64,000 nt of DNA from Stegostoma tigrinum (lineage: Eukaryota): the NCBI RefSeq assembly GCF_030684315.1, contig NC_081387.1:1344497-1408496 (forward strand). The letters are read 5' to 3'. The notes below the pieces were generated by a model that saw nothing but the letters and a program-made list of their open reading frames with translations, was not told the DNA's origin and searched no databases. Positions 63,345 through 64,000 of this stretch are shown one piece after another. The translations under genes were made by a program, and so were the position numbers. How positions within the stretch are numbered: position 1 is the first letter of the stretch; each line of letters starts with the position of its first letter.

Positions 63345-64000
63345 AATTAGATAGGCCAATGGGTTGAAGAATGGCAGGAAGAGTTTAATTTAGATAAATT
63401 TGAGGTTTCCATTTTGGCAAAGCAAATCAAGCCAGCACTTGTATGCTTGATGGTTGGGTCCTGGGGAGTGTAGCCAAACAAACAGACATTGGGGCACAGG
63501 TTCATTATTCCATGAAAGTGGAGCACCAAGTAAACAGGGTAGTGAAAAAGGCATTTGGTGTGCTTGCCTTTATTGTGCATTGAATACAGGAGTTGGGGGT
63601 CATGTTGAGGCTGTTCAGGACTTTGGTTGGCCACTTTCAGAACGTTGCATTCAAGTTTGGTCTCCCTGTTACAGGAAATATATTGTAAAACTTCAAAACG
63701 TTCAGAAAAGACTTAATAAGGATGTTGCTGAGTTGGAGGCTTTGAGCTATAGGGAGAGGCTGAATAGGTCGGGGCTATTTTTCCGGCAGCTTCAGAGGCT
63801 GAGAGTGATGTTATGGAGGTTTATAAATGAGAGGCATGAGTAGGGGGAATATCCAAGGTCTTTTTTTTCCCCAGAGTAGAGGAATACAAAACCAGAGGGC
63901 ATAGGTTTAAGGTGAGAGTGGAAAGATTTAAAGAGCACTTGATGGGTAACCTTTTCATGCAGAGGGTGGTGCATGTCTGAAACAAGTTGCCAGAAAATGG
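63345..64000 (+). mobile_element. CR1 LINE fragment
   Basis: ORF 63454..63843 has WSPCYRK..VKLQNVQKR...LSYRERLNR. Confidence 0.85.

Overview
Vertebrate genomic DNA, very probably from a shark or ray (HE1/V-SINE-type SINEs, dense CR1 LINEs and Penelope-like elements), from the MHC class I region. Two genes lie on the minus strand, tail-to-head. (1) The 5' part of TAP1: a predicted non-coding exon ending at 15824 and coding exons 9729-9210, 7057-6943, 6729-6599 and 5580-5375. The rest lies left of the window. Its promoter carries NF-kB, ISRE and GAS motifs. (2) The 3' half of an MHC class I heavy-chain gene: alpha3 59540-59265, TM 58993-58871, cytoplasmic 53817-53785 and 53262-53222. Alpha1/alpha2 lie right of the window. 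The ~37 kb between the genes has no recognisable host gene. It holds an orphan, triplicated MHC-type S-X1-X2-Y plus tandem-GAS regulatory module: two copies form an inverted pair at ~23.7-24.1 kb and a third lies at ~28 kb. It also holds an internally deleted class I (gamma/epsilon-like) endogenous retrovirus (41070-45399) and many repeats. Penelope-like elements occur as inverted-repeat insertions with 13-16 bp target duplications and carry minimal hammerhead ribozyme motifs. Most ORFs in the supplied track are repeat-derived or low-complexity noise. Repeat boundaries are approximate, read by eye.
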